DNA from: Squalus acanthias
Lineage: Eukaryota
DNA length: 64,000 nt
Direction: 5' to 3'
Assembly: GCA_030390025.1 (NCBI GenBank)
Contig: CM059439.1
Coordinates: 45,446,001-45,510,000 of the forward strand
Part shown: piece after piece, positions 39,713 to 53,730 of the stretch
Layout: the number at the start of each line of letters is the position of its first letter
Numbering within the stretch: position 1 is the stretch's first letter
Notes under the pieces: model-generated
What the model saw: the letters and a program-made list of their open reading frames with translations, nothing else
What the model was told of the DNA's origin: nothing
The model's database searches: none
Program-made: the position numbers and the translations under genes

Positions 39713-41195
39713 GTTTAGTCATAAAGAAAGGGAAACTGCAAACTCAGTCCCCAATACCACAAATTATGAAGATGAGTATCCACATTTGGGGCGCTGCAGG
39801 CTTCAGAACACCCCAAGTGCATCGGGCAAGCTCGGCCTGGGACTCGTCGGTCTAACTTAAATGAGGCCCGAGGTCCAATTAGGCCTCGGGCCTACCTGTT
39901 CCGGTGCAGGGATACTTTTGTGCACCCAGTTCATGCCGGCAGGCCACATATCCATCTTCTCCATGATGGAACGGGGGAAAAAAAGTTTAAAAGTACCCAT
40001 ACACCCTCAACTTAAAAAAAAACTTTGCAAGACTAGAAAACAAAATAAGCAGACTGATCCAAACAGCCCTCAACCTGGACTTGCTGCTCTGTGAAAATGT
40101 AACATTGGAAACCCATTCCAGTTATGAGATAAGACTGTGCCAAACTATACATTTTCAATGGAAGTTTTATAAACTAAAATTATCGTGAAGTTTAAACGTT
40201 AGCAGCACAGTGTGTTTGTCAAATGCTATTTAGAATCATAAATCTGCAGCATTTTTAAAAAAAATCCCATTTAGGGGAAAACCAGGATTTTCCACATATA
40301 GCGCTATTGAGGAGTCAGGGGTTGGAAATTCTCTGTTAGTATGGTGAGGGTACGGTGCTGCTATGCTGCATATTCACAGGCTAAAAATGAAAATGACCAC
40401 TCATAGATCCCAATTGCCAACAGTGCAGGGGTCCTGCACATTTATGCTGACCTAACAGTTTGCAATCTCCATTACTTCAATGAAGGCGGGGGATGGGGGA
40501 AGGGGAAGAGAAGAGCACGAACAGTGTAAGTTCTGCCAATGCACGTGACAATATCTCCCCAAGATCCAGACTAACAAGAGTACAATTGCAATGCGGAAGT
40601 ATATTTAAAGGCTGATAAGCTCATCTAGCAGAACATCATTCTATGTCATGCTGCTGAATACAATATGTATTTTGGCACCATGGCACAAAAAAAACTCTAT
40701 TAGGATTGGCATCGGTGCACCTAGCAAAAATAAAGATCTTGCCCATATTAACTTAGCCTTTAGCCTAACAAACACATATTAATTTTATACACTGGGTGAT
40801 TTCCAAAATGCCTCCAGAACGCTGCTCAATTAAAGCTTAATTTATTAAACACAGCCTTTATTTTATTGTGGAATATTCTTAAGACGGGGTCGTAAGTGAC
40901 ATATACACGAATCTTAATTTAAAAAGCAATTTTAATTTAATAGTTCTCCCTCAGCCAATCTTGTAATAATAAAAAAGGGCAGAATCTATTTTTTGCCACT
41001 AGATGTCTCTAGTTCACTGCACAAATAATACACTGTAGCGTGTTTTCAAAATAAACAGAAGACATCCAGTAGCAGCAGAATGGACAAGGGAGCAGTTTTT
41101 AAGATCCTTTTCCCTGTGTGAATAGAGTATTCTGGTTAGACATTCTGAACCATTTTTTTTTACAAATAATTCTACTATTTGTACTATCCAAGTTT

Positions 41196-41644
41196 CAGCT
41201 TAACTCAGTGGTAGGAGTCTTGCTTCTGAGTCAGAACGTTGTGGGTTCAAGCCCAACTCCAATACTTCCGCACAAAATCTAGGCTGACATTTCAGTATAT
41301 TATGGAGGGAGTACCACATTGTCAAAAGTGCTGACTTTTAGATGATGCATTAAATCAAGGCCCCATCTGCCTATTCAGGTCAACATTCAAGATTCCGTCA
41401 CAGTTGTTCAGAAAATAACAGAGAGTTGTTCTGGCCAACACAAATCTCTCAAGCAACATGTACAAAACAGATGAACTGGTCATTCATCTCATTGCTGTCT
41501 GTGGGACTTTGCTGTGTGCAAATTGGTTGCCACATTTGTCCACCAACAACAATGACTACACTTCAAAAATACTTCATTGGCTACTTGAAGCACTTTGGGA
41601 TGTCCTGAGGACATAAAAAGCACGATATAAATGCTTTCTTTCTT
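41196..41644 (+). mobile_element. Deu-domain tRNA-SINE, diverged full-length
   Basis: Colinear with 13441-13901 from ctcagtggtag to atataaatgc(tttc)n. Confidence 0.88.
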
Positions 41645-44600
41645 AGACCTTGGCTAGTATGCAAACCATGAATTTTCAACGAACCTTCTGCTGCAGATGA
41701 CCAAGCAAAATCTTTCAAAATTAACAATGGAAAGTGTGTAAATTATGCCAGCTCTCTAAGAAAGGACTTTATTTAGTGCTAGAAAGGGAAGTACCATTAA
41801 TTTTAAACAAGAGAACACATTGGCCTGCCTAGTTACCAAGGATGAAGGTTTCTGCTTGTAAAATCCGGAGGTCAATTAAGGGACAATTGGAGTTGCTTGT
41901 AAATTTCTGGCCCCAGGTCAGAAGTCCCAGGTTCTCTCTCATTTTTTAAGATTAATTTTCATCTGTAACATGTGTGGCAGACGTATAAATGAATAAAATG
42001 ACCAGATCTCCTGTGACGTTGCTCACTGGTAATAAGAGGTCTGGAGTATAGTTGTGATGTTCAGCTGCTGAGATGGAGTTGTGTTTAACCTTGCCTTGTC
42101 CCTTTAAAACCACTGCATTATTACTCCCAGTGGGGAAGTTGTCTAAATACATTCTGAGGTAAATTCAAGTTTAACAGTTGAAGGAAGTTTTTGTAAATTG
42201 GCAGCTGCTTGTAAATGCTCCAGCTCCTGCCCTTGGCGAGAGGCAAAGATATTGAGGTCAGAAACACCAATAGGAAATGAGTTTCTTTAATAATACTTTT
42301 GATGTCAGAGCATGACAGGTGTGCACTACATACAAGACATATTTATCTAGAATATATTAAAAATCTTACATAAAACACATACTTCCTGTAATAATCACAA
42401 TTACTTCCTGTCACACTTTAGCAATCACATTTCAGATGTCACACTTTGACGTATCCTCTGGCTCACTGTGAGCAAGGTCACAGGAAATCTGCTCATAATG
42501 TATTAAACAAAAAATGAAACCAGAAGAATCATTCGCAGGCTCTGTTGTGACCAGTATTGGTCGAGATCATTCAGCCCCCTCTTCTCAGTCACACATGATG
42601 CACATCATAGAGTTGAAAGCAAAAAAGTCAACAAAAATATGTTCAAAATCTACTCTGTGTGTTGCTGTGTCTCTCAACTTCATCGTCAAGTGGGCTGGAA
42701 ATCCACAAGCAGTATAGGCTACTGGTGCCATTAAATGCTAGTAATTAACACTATAAAAGGTACTGCCTAAACTAGAATGCAAATTTCCTGAAGACCCAAA
42801 TTGGTGGGTGTGGACACCACTGTTCTTGCTTTATTCAGGCACAGATAATGGGAGCACTACATCACTAACTAATTTTCTTAGAATATTTCACAGTTCAATG
42901 CTGAACCTTCTTACTATGATAGCAGCTCTGCATTCCTTAAAATAAAACTGAACGCCTGTATTTTAAATAAACCATTTAATCTTCACCCAGTTATTCGAGC
43001 AACTTTCTAATCTCCTCATAAATGTAACTCTCAGGCACAGAATTATAGGTTCAAACCTAGGGCAATCATATAATTTTAAGTGGTTCGGTGACTAGAGGAA
43101 GGTCCTCCCTTATAACCTCAGCTTTCAGCCTGTGCTTAGGTCCTGACTTCAACCACTACTTGTGGTTTTTCACAGCCACAGGATCGCAGTGACACGAAGG
43201 CATAGAATTGCTCCCCATAAAAAGAAAAAGTTAGCCAAAGTGCAGTGGTGGCACTCAGCCAATGGAGACTGCTGCAAAGAGGTGTTCCCAGTCTCGGCAT
43301 CCACAAACTATATATCAGTAACCCGCAATTACATATTTCGTAAACCACTTTTTAAAAAACATAACTGAAAGAAAACTGCAGTTTGCCAACATCCCATTCA
43401 TGAATTTGGTCTACCATTGCTACCTATACAGTAACATTACATGTAATTTATATTCGAACAAAAGTAATAACCATACATCAAAAGAATACACCGACTCCAC
43501 AGGTGGTGAGGTAGAGGTGTGGCCTGCATGCACTTCTGAAACTGGGTTAAGAAAGCACACCCTACTCATTTACTGAAAAGCTTGAATGCATTACACTTTG
43601 AGCTCAGGGGCATTTGAGAATTCTTGGACTGAAGTTTTCAACTGATTGAGACAAAGGAAGTTTACCAAGATTAACTTTGGGAGATTTTGAGGGCTGCATT
43701 TCATAAATGTACTACTTTAAACTAGTCAGTATTGTTCTAACCCTGGCATTCATATTGCACCACTGTCATCTTCTGGTTTCTCCCATCCTCAGTGTCTCCC
43801 ATTTTTGGATTTGATTATTTCTGTCCAAGTTACTAGAAAATCTGTAATCTTTGAAAAGCTTGTCATTTTATATCAACAGGCAGCTTTTTCTTTGTAAGAT
43901 AGCAGCTCTGTGCTCAGGCAGCAATGACTCCACAATGTCTGCTTCTCTTCCAAAAACAATCCCAGAGATAGGCTGATACACACTGCCCACTTCTCTTCCC
44001 CCACCCCTCCCCCATGAACATATCTGGGGTCTCTACATTTTGAAATATGGTTGACTGCACTGCCAAACACTCAACTTGGTCACCCCTTCTCATTTACACA
44101 AAAGAAAATTTAGTACCATTGCTGTGGACTCAAAAAATCAGAAGGAACTCCGATTATTAATAGTAAAATTACAAGCATTTGAGCACTATTTTGAGCTATA
44201 AAATCTTGATATTAAGTTACAAAATGTCAATGAATGAGCCTGAAAAAAATGGTTTCATGTGCTACAATAGTCAGGAGGTCCTTGGGAGAAAATTAACCAG
44301 TAGATTTTAAATTCCAAAAGTATCTCAAAGCTCTTACAGAAACTTCTACTTACTTTTGCAGTTCTCTCGACTCAACCACTCATCAGAAATAAACTTTTAG
44401 AGCAAAACAAATTTATAATTCAAAACATTCAGAGACTGTGAAAGGCACAAATATTCAAAGTAGAAAAATGACACAGACAGCACCAAATTTCCCAGAAGTG
44501 CTTTCGCATTTCAGTTTTAACACAAATAGTCAAAGGAACATTATTTCTGTTACATGAGAACCTTGCAGTTTGCCTTGCAGGATGCCATTAGATTTGTACT

Positions 44601-44694
44601 AAACCCTAAAGGACAAGTTACTTCCCAGGATACATCTATCAGAGGGAGACAATTGTTGTACCTCAGCCTCTACTGCTGTTGATGTGAGTAATAA

Positions 44695-44840
44695 TAGAAA
44701 CATAGAAATGTACGGGTTAGTAGGAGGCTATTCGTCCCATCGTATCTGCACCGGCTGAAAAAGAGCTATCCAATCTAATCCCACTTTCCAGCTCTTGGTC
44801 CGTAACCTTATAGGTTACAGCACTTCAAGTGCATATCCAA
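44695..44840 (-). mobile_element. CR1 3' UTR fragment (same subfamily as 3229-3600)
   Basis: aaaaagagctatcca...aatcccactttccagctcttggtcc...cacttcaagtgcatat is shared with 3294-3372. Confidence 0.85.
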
Positions 44841-46989
44841 CACCAGGAATTTTCTTGAAAGTGACTGACTGGTGCAGTGGAATAGCACTCTCCTTTTTTC
44901 CTCCAACTCACCTCACGTAGATGGGATAAAAGTCTTCTCATTCTGTAAGGGGGGCCTATCTAAAGATTGTTTTCATCTGTCCCAAAACTGTTTGTGTGGT
45001 ACTCGGGTCCACAGCACAAAACTGTCCATAATTTGGCACAAATTGGGACTAAAATTTGAGGGTACAAGGATGGCTGGTGTGGTAAATGGAAATAGCAATC
45101 GCACTGATCTCTCCCAGTGACCAGGTTACACATCAGCACTACCAGACTGTCCATCAGCTAGGAAATGGCATACCTCAAACCAGAAACCTAAACAAAGAAT
45201 AGTAATGATGTAGAAGGGGGGCTGGTATGAAGAATGCACATTAGTGAATACATTGCTTACAAACACGCTGAGCAAAGAATAAAAGTATTTTACATTTTCT
45301 CAAAATAAACTTAAAAATAGATGCATTGCCTTTACACAATAAAATTTTATATTTATTGGTGCCAGAACAATCAGCAACATATACCATGTAGGAGATTATA
45401 TTGTACAGGTTTAGGCACTTGGGATAATTTTCTTGCTTTTAGACCAAGCTTTTGGTCATCTCTCCTAACTTGCCCATGCCTCAGAGCCCATTCCTTTTTA
45501 TTTATTTAAGCTAAAAAGATACAAGTTACTTTTGTTAAGGGAATAATTTTCAGTTGTCTAATTTTAACATTTTTCAAAAAGATTCGATGGCAACTATAGA
45601 ATGTTATAAATCTTCATGGGTTTCACTTGAGCAATTCAACTACACTTGCCAAAATAAGTGAAAGCAAACCTCATCCTAAAATACCATCGCAATTTTTCTA
45701 TCTGCCCTGGCAGTGAAAAAGTTAGCGGACATCAACGAGTCTTTGGAAAATTTAGGGCCTGGTCTATACATGGATATGGAGGGATCAAAACAAATAGAGT
45801 CCAGTCTAATCTTTTGAAATCTCTGTTGGAGGTTTAGTTACTGTGCCCAGGAGTTTCAGGAATTTTACGAAGGCATTTCTACAACACTGTAATTCTAGTA
45901 ATTTCTTGTTCAATTTACTCAAGCAGTCATGGTTGATTTGGACACTAAAGAAAAGGATAGCTTTATCTTGTGCTACCCAACCTGCACTTCAGGATTCATT
46001 TGAACTACTCATCCCATTCTGAATAAATTCTCTTGTGATGTCAACTTAATAAGTCATCCTTCAGACCTGCATTTCAAATGTTTTCTTTTCCCGAGAAGCA
46101 CAGTCATCTTTGTATTATTAAGAGAGATGGCTGATTTGTTTTAATGTAAAACAACTGTGGTAGTAGAACTTTGCTCATATTATACAACATTCTTGCACTG
46201 CTGTGCCACATAGAGGGAACAATATGAACCAAACACAGCATTTATATGCTTTATTGGGGTGGAAAGAAGGGTTGAATTGCACAAAATTGCTCAGATTAGT
46301 GAAGATCAAGGAACAGAGGTCATTTTCATTATCCGAACTCTACATGGTGACAAGAGAACTAGAGCCCCATAGTACTTTTTTTTGGACCATTATGGGTAAT
46401 TTTTGATTCTTTTTCATTCGCATGTATTTTTTTTGCTTTTCAAGGGCACTCTCTGAAAGTTATATTTGCAAATTTGCTAAATTAAAACAAAAACACAAGT
46501 TTGATGCTTAGAGCCCTGAATAGCTGCTAACTGCACAACACTAAAGGCACCAATGGTGGCATTATGACTGAGTGTAGACTAAAGCAGGCAGCAGGAGATT
46601 CTTAGCCTCCAGCATTTTAAGTAAGGCCAGACAATTGTAGTCACCTCTTCTTGTGCTTTCTCACCATATACTTCCACCTCAGATACTGTGAATCACCAGA
46701 AAAATTGAGAGCAGTTTAGGGAGTTGCTGGACACACAAACAACACTAACTTCAGAGAACATTTCATTTCCTATTTGAAGAAAAGACCAGCACAACACTTG
46801 GGTAATATTTTTATAACAATGGACTTATGGTGTCACTTTTAGCATATTTTTGGCAGTTCTAAGTACATTACCAGTTATGTGCATCAGTGTTTAGCTAATT
46901 CCATTATCCTTTAGCAGCTGATTTGAAGATTCTGGGAATGTCTGTACGCATGTACACTGTGGGGTAAGTTTTAAAAAATGAATGGATGG

Positions 46990-47600
46990 AAAATCAATCA
47001 TGCTGACCCTCAGCGCCTGAACTCCCACTATCACTGCCATCGTACTCCTGTATACATCAAACGGACACTGCATCCGAAGAGAGGATTAATCATCTGTACC
47101 CTCATCAACTGGAGAATTGACTTTTTAAAAACACACTCCTCGCAGGCCTCCATCCTAATCCAGAACTGAGAGGCCCGAGTCCTTTCCCATCTAAATTTCC
47201 GCATACTCATCAGCCCATTTTCACCCAGCTCTATTGGCTTTCTGTATGCAGTGGAATAGATTTCAACATTGTCATGCTTCTCCTCCTCCTCAAATCCTTC
47301 CACAGCCTCGCTGCATTCTACTTTCAGCGAGCTTCTTCAGACACACATACAGCCCTTCTCGGACTCTGGCTTATCCCCACTCCCTCTCTTCCACCTTGAA
47401 GGCCAATATTTTAGTCCCTAACACAATGCCTCTGGAATTTTCTCCCAAGACTACTTTAGTTTCTGCTTCCCTCCCTTTTGCCTAGAAACCCACATCTTCA
47501 ACCATGCCTCCGGTCTTGCCCTCAAACTCTTCTTTTCTTGCTTGGTGTCTACCTCTCCACATTGTTGAGGGCTCTGAGACTTCTTTTACATACTTAATCT
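46990..47600 (+). mobile_element. Degenerate L2-like 3' end
   Basis: Pyrimidine-rich L2-type 3' motifs (ctctggaattttctccc, aaacccacatcttcaaccatgcct, tgagggctctgagac). Confidence 0.5.
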
Positions 47601-47874
47601 ATGAAGGTAAGCTGTTTCTTTTTGTCAGTATCCAACTGGTAGACGGTAAGAAAATCTGCAGGAGTGAAATAAACGACGAGGAACTTCAAAACATGAGGGG
47701 CCTGTAGCCAATACAAAAGTAACATTTAACCATTGGAAATCTTTGCACTTAAGGAATAATATTTGAGTTGGATATTTATAGAAGTGGACAAACACGGTAG
47801 GTATGTAAGTTATACCTGATGAGTGTATTTTGTACGAGCTGGTGTGGAGTTTCATGCTACTTTAAAGGGACATG

Positions 47875-48562
47875 ATGACAGCACACATTGGCGGCGGTTT
47901 TCGCCTGCCTATTGACATGTTGAAAATTGAGGCGGTAGGCAGAAGGAAATTTTTTAAAACCTGCCATCCACTGGCTGTCCGAAACCCACCCGACTGGACT
48001 TTTAGGCAAACCTTGAAGTGGCTGCCCAGCACTCCCACTCTACACAGGCGGAAGTCTTATTGCAATATTTAAATCGCGTCATGCGCCAGTTTAGGACCCC
48101 AACTCTATTTTCAGGTACCGATGGATGGAGTGTGGCCACACATGCTCTGCCCACTGGTACTGGACATCGAGCGGCCTAATCTGTGGTCCTTAAAGGGATG
48201 CTGGAGGCTGCGCCGCAGACATTACAGGTAAGTTTTCAAAATGATTTCTGTGGGGTCAGGAGGTGGTATCACAAAAATCTTCTGGTCCGTTTCCAATCCT
48301 TCAATGCCCCCCCGCCCCACACCCCTCCCTGAAATTGCCTCCCTGCTCCCTTTAAGCAAATATTTCCGGCTCAGCTCCCTGGAGGAGTTGGTGGATTTCC
48401 CACGTTCCCAGGTCGGTGAGCTGCCCATCAGTGCTCACTGAGCGCTGGCAGTTTGCTAATAACTTTTAAACGAGGCCCAACCATGAAAATAGCTCAGTAG
48501 CGGTATTGGTCAGGCGGTGCCCACTGCCTGCCCAGTGTACACTATAAATGAAAACTTGCCCC
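47875..48562. mobile_element. GC-rich MITE-like element
   Basis: GC/CpG-rich block ending aaaacttgcccc, like the other MITEs; left end not resolved. Confidence 0.4.
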
Positions 48563-49619
48563 ATTACGTTTCAAGACAATGTGAGATGGTGGGAGTAATA
48601 TTAGGTGAAAATGACCCTGGTATCCTAGCACAGCACTGTGGGTACTACTTGCTAATATGTAACAACTGCAGTGAGAGGGGGGTTAGGTTCCTGGACGCAA
48701 ACCTGGTGGACTCTCTCACAGGAAACTAGCTCTTTTACAAAATGGATTGTTTTCTTTTAGTGCAGGAAAGTTACTTCAGTCCTCAAAGGGTTAAGAAATT
48801 GGGAGAAACCTAGAAATAGGTATAGCACTAAAAACAAAATCAAAAAGATTATAGTCTTATAAACTATATAACAGCAGTGGAAAGAATTACTGCGGTTTTA
48901 CAACAGTGATTGTTATGGTGTTTAATTGCTATTTTATATTTAGTAGTCCAACTGTTTTATGCTCTTTAGTATCCTCATCTCTCTTTCTACTTCAGCACTA
49001 TCCTCCTCCCCCTCCCCCCCAAAGACTCCTGATAGGGAACTGAAGATTAGCATTGCCTAGTCTAGACTACAGCCAACACCACAGCCAGCTGAAAAGCTCA
49101 GATATTACAATCTGCCTTTAACAAATCCAATAACGTGAGCAGATCTTGACTGCAAAATACTCACATCCCACCCCAAATACTGCATCTGACTGAGGTTCCA
49201 TTAAGTCTAGCTAAGCTGTTCAGCAACTGTTCGCCTGCTGCAACGAAAACTATCATTCAGATCAACTTTTGATTACATAATAATTTGTTATTTTGCTGAA
49301 TTCTGGCACTAATCTCCCTTCGTTTGGTTGGAAGCCAGAAATTAGAGTGCGTCATTCCACCAGTTTTCAACAGTGAAGCTCTCATCTCACCCAGCGAGCA
49401 CTCTGCACTCTTGGACAGGGGCCAGGAAGGGAAATCCATTTTACATGAAGAATGTGCACAGCACAAGGACTTACGAGACAGTTTTTTTGCCTTCTTAAAA
49501 TAACCTATGGACAACTGCCAATCTAGCTAGACACATATAACTTCAGAAATTTGGCATCAAAAACACGGTAAAGTATCTGAGAGGAAGAGAGAACAAAAAT
49601 ATGCTAGAGACTGGGTAAC

Positions 49620-49780
49620 GGCTGCGAGTGCATTCGTGGCATATCACATGACCTGGCACAGCACACCCAATTGGTTAGGTTTTCAGCAAAGTACAGCCGC
49701 CATGTAAGGAGCTGCAAGCTGTATTCTGTTCTGGGGACTTAAAATGGCGGCTTCATATTTCAGTAAAATGGATAAAATGA
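49620..49780. promoter_or_regulatory. Candidate regulatory element (YY1 x2, CCAAT, E-box)
   Basis: TCACATGA ~49644, CCAATTGG ~49667, GCCGCCATGT ~49696, AAAATGGCGGC at 49741 in non-repetitive DNA. Confidence 0.35.
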
Positions 49781-51649
49781 GCCCTAAGACCCCTTTTGAA
49801 CCGCGCTGCAAAAAAAAACAGTTTCAGGGGGAAATAAAATACAGCAGACCTGAGTAAAACCAGATTCTCTCAAAATTCAAATTACAACACAGTACATACA
49901 AAGGAGTGCTGACAAAGTTCCAAAATCCGCATCAGTTGAAAGGAGTACGTGAAAGACACGGAGCACATTGACCTCATTACAAAACATTACTGTACTTCAA
50001 CAAAAAAAATAACAGCGAATTTGAATCTTTTTAACTGTCTGCCATTTAGTTTCCAAGAGGCCTGAATGTTGTCTGATATATGAAACCACCAGCACTTGTG
50101 AGATTTCTTTTTTAAAAAGGGGCACATCTACCTTGGCTCAAACCCACATTCACTCAACACAGACCTGACCAGTCGAAAAACGCACATCTTTATGTGCAAA
50201 TATTTGCCTCTGGCTGAAGTTCAAACAGCCGTAAGTGGCTGCCAGACACAACAGTGAAGCAAGAAGCAAGAGAAAGTAGCCCAGCCAGGGCAACTGGCAG
50301 ATAAACAATCAGCGCTGATTTGTGAGCCTCTGACAGGCTTTTGCTATTGAATGACTTAGCCACCAGTCACAAGGTGCTCCCACCCTGTTATTAGTGGTTA
50401 ATCTTTCTAACAAGAAGCCTTGCCACAGTTAATACCTAACCTACAAACATGCAGTCTATTTTTTACTGCAACCCTTTCTTAGCTTGCAAATGGTTATGTG
50501 GTCACAGCCTATGTGGGTAGAATTGAGCAAAAACAATTAACCCGTTAGGAATAGAATACATTTCAAGATCGACACACATATGTCAGTTATTGTGAATTTC
50601 AAAAGCAGATTATCAGAACACAATATAAGGAATAATCAGGAGAATCATACTTTGTTTACACTTGTATCTGCAGTGGCTCTGGCAGGGCTTGCACGGGGCG
50701 CTGTTGAGATAAGGACCAAGACTCTGCAGCATTTACACTATTCTAAACTGCATATCCTGTTCATACAACATCCCTTGCAGAGGTCACATTAAGTTCATAT
50801 TAGGGTGACCCTGAATCAAATGAGTTTGCTTAGGATTTTTAGGTTGTGTGCAGAGTGGTGTCAATTACGGGTCTGACGGATGCAGTGCGTTTGTATTTTG
50901 CGCTGAAAACAGGAAATTTGCCTCCAGCATTTATACCAGCTGATTGCAAATCTCTACACACTTCCCAAACCAGAGCAACTGCAAGGTCATGTGCTGGGAG
51001 TCTCCAATTAGGATTGGAACAAATAACTCTGTGCTGGTTATAAGTGACAATTTAATGCCTGTCAGTTGCAGATTTACAACAAATGTGAATTTCCGACTCC
51101 ATGGGTTTTACATTGCAGCTGTGTGGTAAATAGGAGAAGATATCTGGTGCACATGGGCTCCAACCATTTCCAAATGCAAGGACAATAATTGATTAATCGG
51201 AATTCTCTCTATTCTGGTCAATCTAGGCTTCAATGGGACGAGGATTGGGTGGGTTCTACAATGAGCGGGCTATCCGCTCAGACAGATTATCGCCCAAGCG
51301 GCGAAAGTGAAAGTTTACCCTGTGAAAATTGGCCAGAACAGTTTGACTTACGCCTGGAAATTACGTTGTGTGACATTATCATACAAATCCTTAATGCATT
51401 TGCATCAAGTTCCACTGTCCACTATTTTAACAGAAATATCAACCTGCTTAAAAGAATGAGAATATAATGATACAAATGTATTAAATGTTTAAAGAATACT
51501 ATGGCACGGCCTCATTTCCAGTCTTTAAAGTCGTAACATTAAAATTTTCAAGCTGCGTTTCCATCTATCCAGCAACAAGATCAGGTAGTGTAACTGGAAG
51601 CCCGTCAAAAGCTGAAGAAACAGTCCTACTGACTCTCATGATTTCATAG

Positions 51650-51760
51650 CCTTACATAGTACTTATAGCACAGAAACAGACCATTCGGCCCAATAGATCC
51701 ATACCAGTGTTTATGCTCCACACAAACCTCCTCCTACCCTTCTTCATCTAACCCCATCAA
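51650..51760 (-). mobile_element. CR1 3' tail fragment
   Basis: agcacagaaacagaccattcggccc...ccagtgtttatgctccacacaaacctcc is shared with 22785-22845. Confidence 0.75.
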
Positions 51761-51994
51761 TGGTTTGTTGATTTTGTACTATTGTTTTAACACGCATGAT
51801 TCACCAGAATACCAGAGAACTTTATGCTCTCTTTTCTATCCCCATAACTCGTAATTATTAAGATAATAGCCTAAAATCAATATACTGTTAACTAAATCGC
51901 CAGTGTTGGCAACAGTGAGGGGGGCCAGAGGCATGAATTGAATGGTTCTGGAAGGATTTATACAAGCTTGTGAAGTTAAGAATGAGGTAGAAAC

Positions 51995-52104
51995 CTACAT
52001 TACAGCAATGACTACACTTCAAAAAGCACTTCATTGGCTGTAAAGCTTTGGGACACCTGGTGGTTGTGAAAGGCGTTATATAAATGCAAGTCTTTCTTTC
52101 TTTT
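51995..52104 (+). mobile_element. Deu-SINE 3' tail
   Basis: cctacattacagcaatgactacacttcaaaaag...tatataaatgcaagtc(tttc)n. Confidence 0.85.
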
Positions 52105-52124
52105 CACATTGTATTACACAATAA

Positions 52125-52780
52125 CATAAGAAAGTATGGAACAAGACAAAGCAATTCGGTCCCAACTATTTCCACAGGCCGTCATAGACTCTATCCTACC
52201 TAATTAATCTACTAAGAGAAAATCCTGCAAAATAACTCACTGCTCCCTAAACGTACCCAAACAAAACCCCAGAATATTTACCTATCCCTATACTTCGACT
52301 ATTCAACCCTGATCTTGTGTGACAACAGACAACACACCCAGTGGCAGCATGGTACCATTGTGGCCCATAGAGTACTTGGTCCTCTCAGTCTGTACATATC
52401 CCTGTAATTCCCAATCTTATTCATAATCAGAAATTAACCAACAGCATTAAATACTTTTTCTGGTAATTTATTCTACATTTTTACCCCTCTGTTGAAAAAA
52501 TATCTTATCCAATCTCCAAGCTTACTTGAAGCTTCTTAATTTTAATCCAGTGCACTCTTTCTCTATGCTCATAATCTAAGCTAAACAGCCGATTTACATC
52601 TACATCATCTGTGCTTTGCAGTATTTTTAAGATCTGGATCATGTCAAGCCTCAATTGTTTTTTCTCTAAAGAAAACAAATTCAGTTTTGCAAGTCTCTCC
52701 TCATAATTCAGAGTTCTAAGTCCCAGAATCATCCTTGTCAATTTGCTTTGAACCATTGCCAAACATCAACGTCCCTTTAA
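52125..52780 (-). mobile_element. Old CR1 LINE 3' fragment
   Basis: ORF 52505-52762 (VQSKLTRMILGLRTLNYEERLAKLNLFSLEKKQLRLDMIQILKIL) is the CR1 ORF2 C-terminal motif. Confidence 0.8.
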
Positions 52781-52829
52781 ACAATGACTCGGTGAGTTTA
52801 TTCAATGAGTAGGTGGGAAAAACAGAAAA

Positions 52830-52975
52830 ATAAGGTCTCAGGTTCAGTTCCTCACTGCTATCCCATGATCCCTGCGGGAAGTGTGTGCATTATGTGACAA
52901 GGATATTAGGTGATGGGGCTTGGCTGTGATGTTTCCTTGCAAGTGAATGTCCTCCAAACATTCACTCTCCAGACA
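52830..52975 (+). mobile_element. LF-SINE-like 3' fragment
   Basis: gctatcccatgatccctgcgggaagtgtgtg...ggcttggctgtgatg...cattcactct; related to reversed 62245-62350. Confidence 0.5.
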
Positions 52976-53730
52976 ACATTTATTGTCCATCCCAAGCTGC
53001 CCTAAAAGGGCCTACAACTTTAAACACTGCAAACCCTTCTGGTGAGTGTGCTCCACGATATAGTTAGGTAGGGAATTCTAGGATTTTGACCTGATGATGA
53101 TGAAGGAATGGCGGTGTATGTCCAAGTCAGGATGCTGTGTGACTTGGAAGGGAACTTGTAAGTGATACTGTTCCCATGACGTTGCTGCTCTTGTCCTTCT
53201 TGGTGGTAGAGCTTAGCAAGTTGCTTCAGTACGTTCTGTAGATAGTACATACTGCAACCATAGTGCGCCAGTGGTGGAGGGGGTCAGTACTGATTTCAGT
53301 GACGGGGTATTAATCAAGTCGGCTGCTCTTCCCTAGATGGTGTTGTGCTTCTTGAGTATTATTGCAGCTAAACCCAACCAGCTGTGTGGCAAGAACTCCA
53401 TCACATTCCTAACTTGAGCTTGTAGATGGTGAAAAGGTTTTGACCGATGAGGAGATGAGCCACTCATTGCAGAGTACCTAGTCTCTGCCCTGCTGTTGTA
53501 GTCATGATGTTGATATGGCTGTTCCAAATAAGCTTCTGGTCACTGGTACCCCCCAGGTTGTTGATGGTGGGGAACCTGGTGATAGTGATGCCATTGAAGG
53601 TTGGGGGAAGTGATTGGGCTTTTTCTTGTTGGAGTTGGTCATTGACTGGCATTAATGTGGTGTGAATGTTACCTGCCACTTACCAGCCTATACTTGGATG
53701 TTGTCCAAGTCCTGCTGTAAACTGCCATTG
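52975..53730 (-). mobile_element. Degenerate family-B LINE 3' part
   Basis: Colinear with 32090-32715 (tccaagtcaggatgctgtgtgacttgga). Confidence 0.85.

Noticed and set aside
40340-40660. mir-16/195 partner downstream of the miR-15-like 21-mer
   Set aside because: Only fragments (gtgctgcta, tagcagaac) without a full seed-bearing arm or pre-miRNA-length hairpin.
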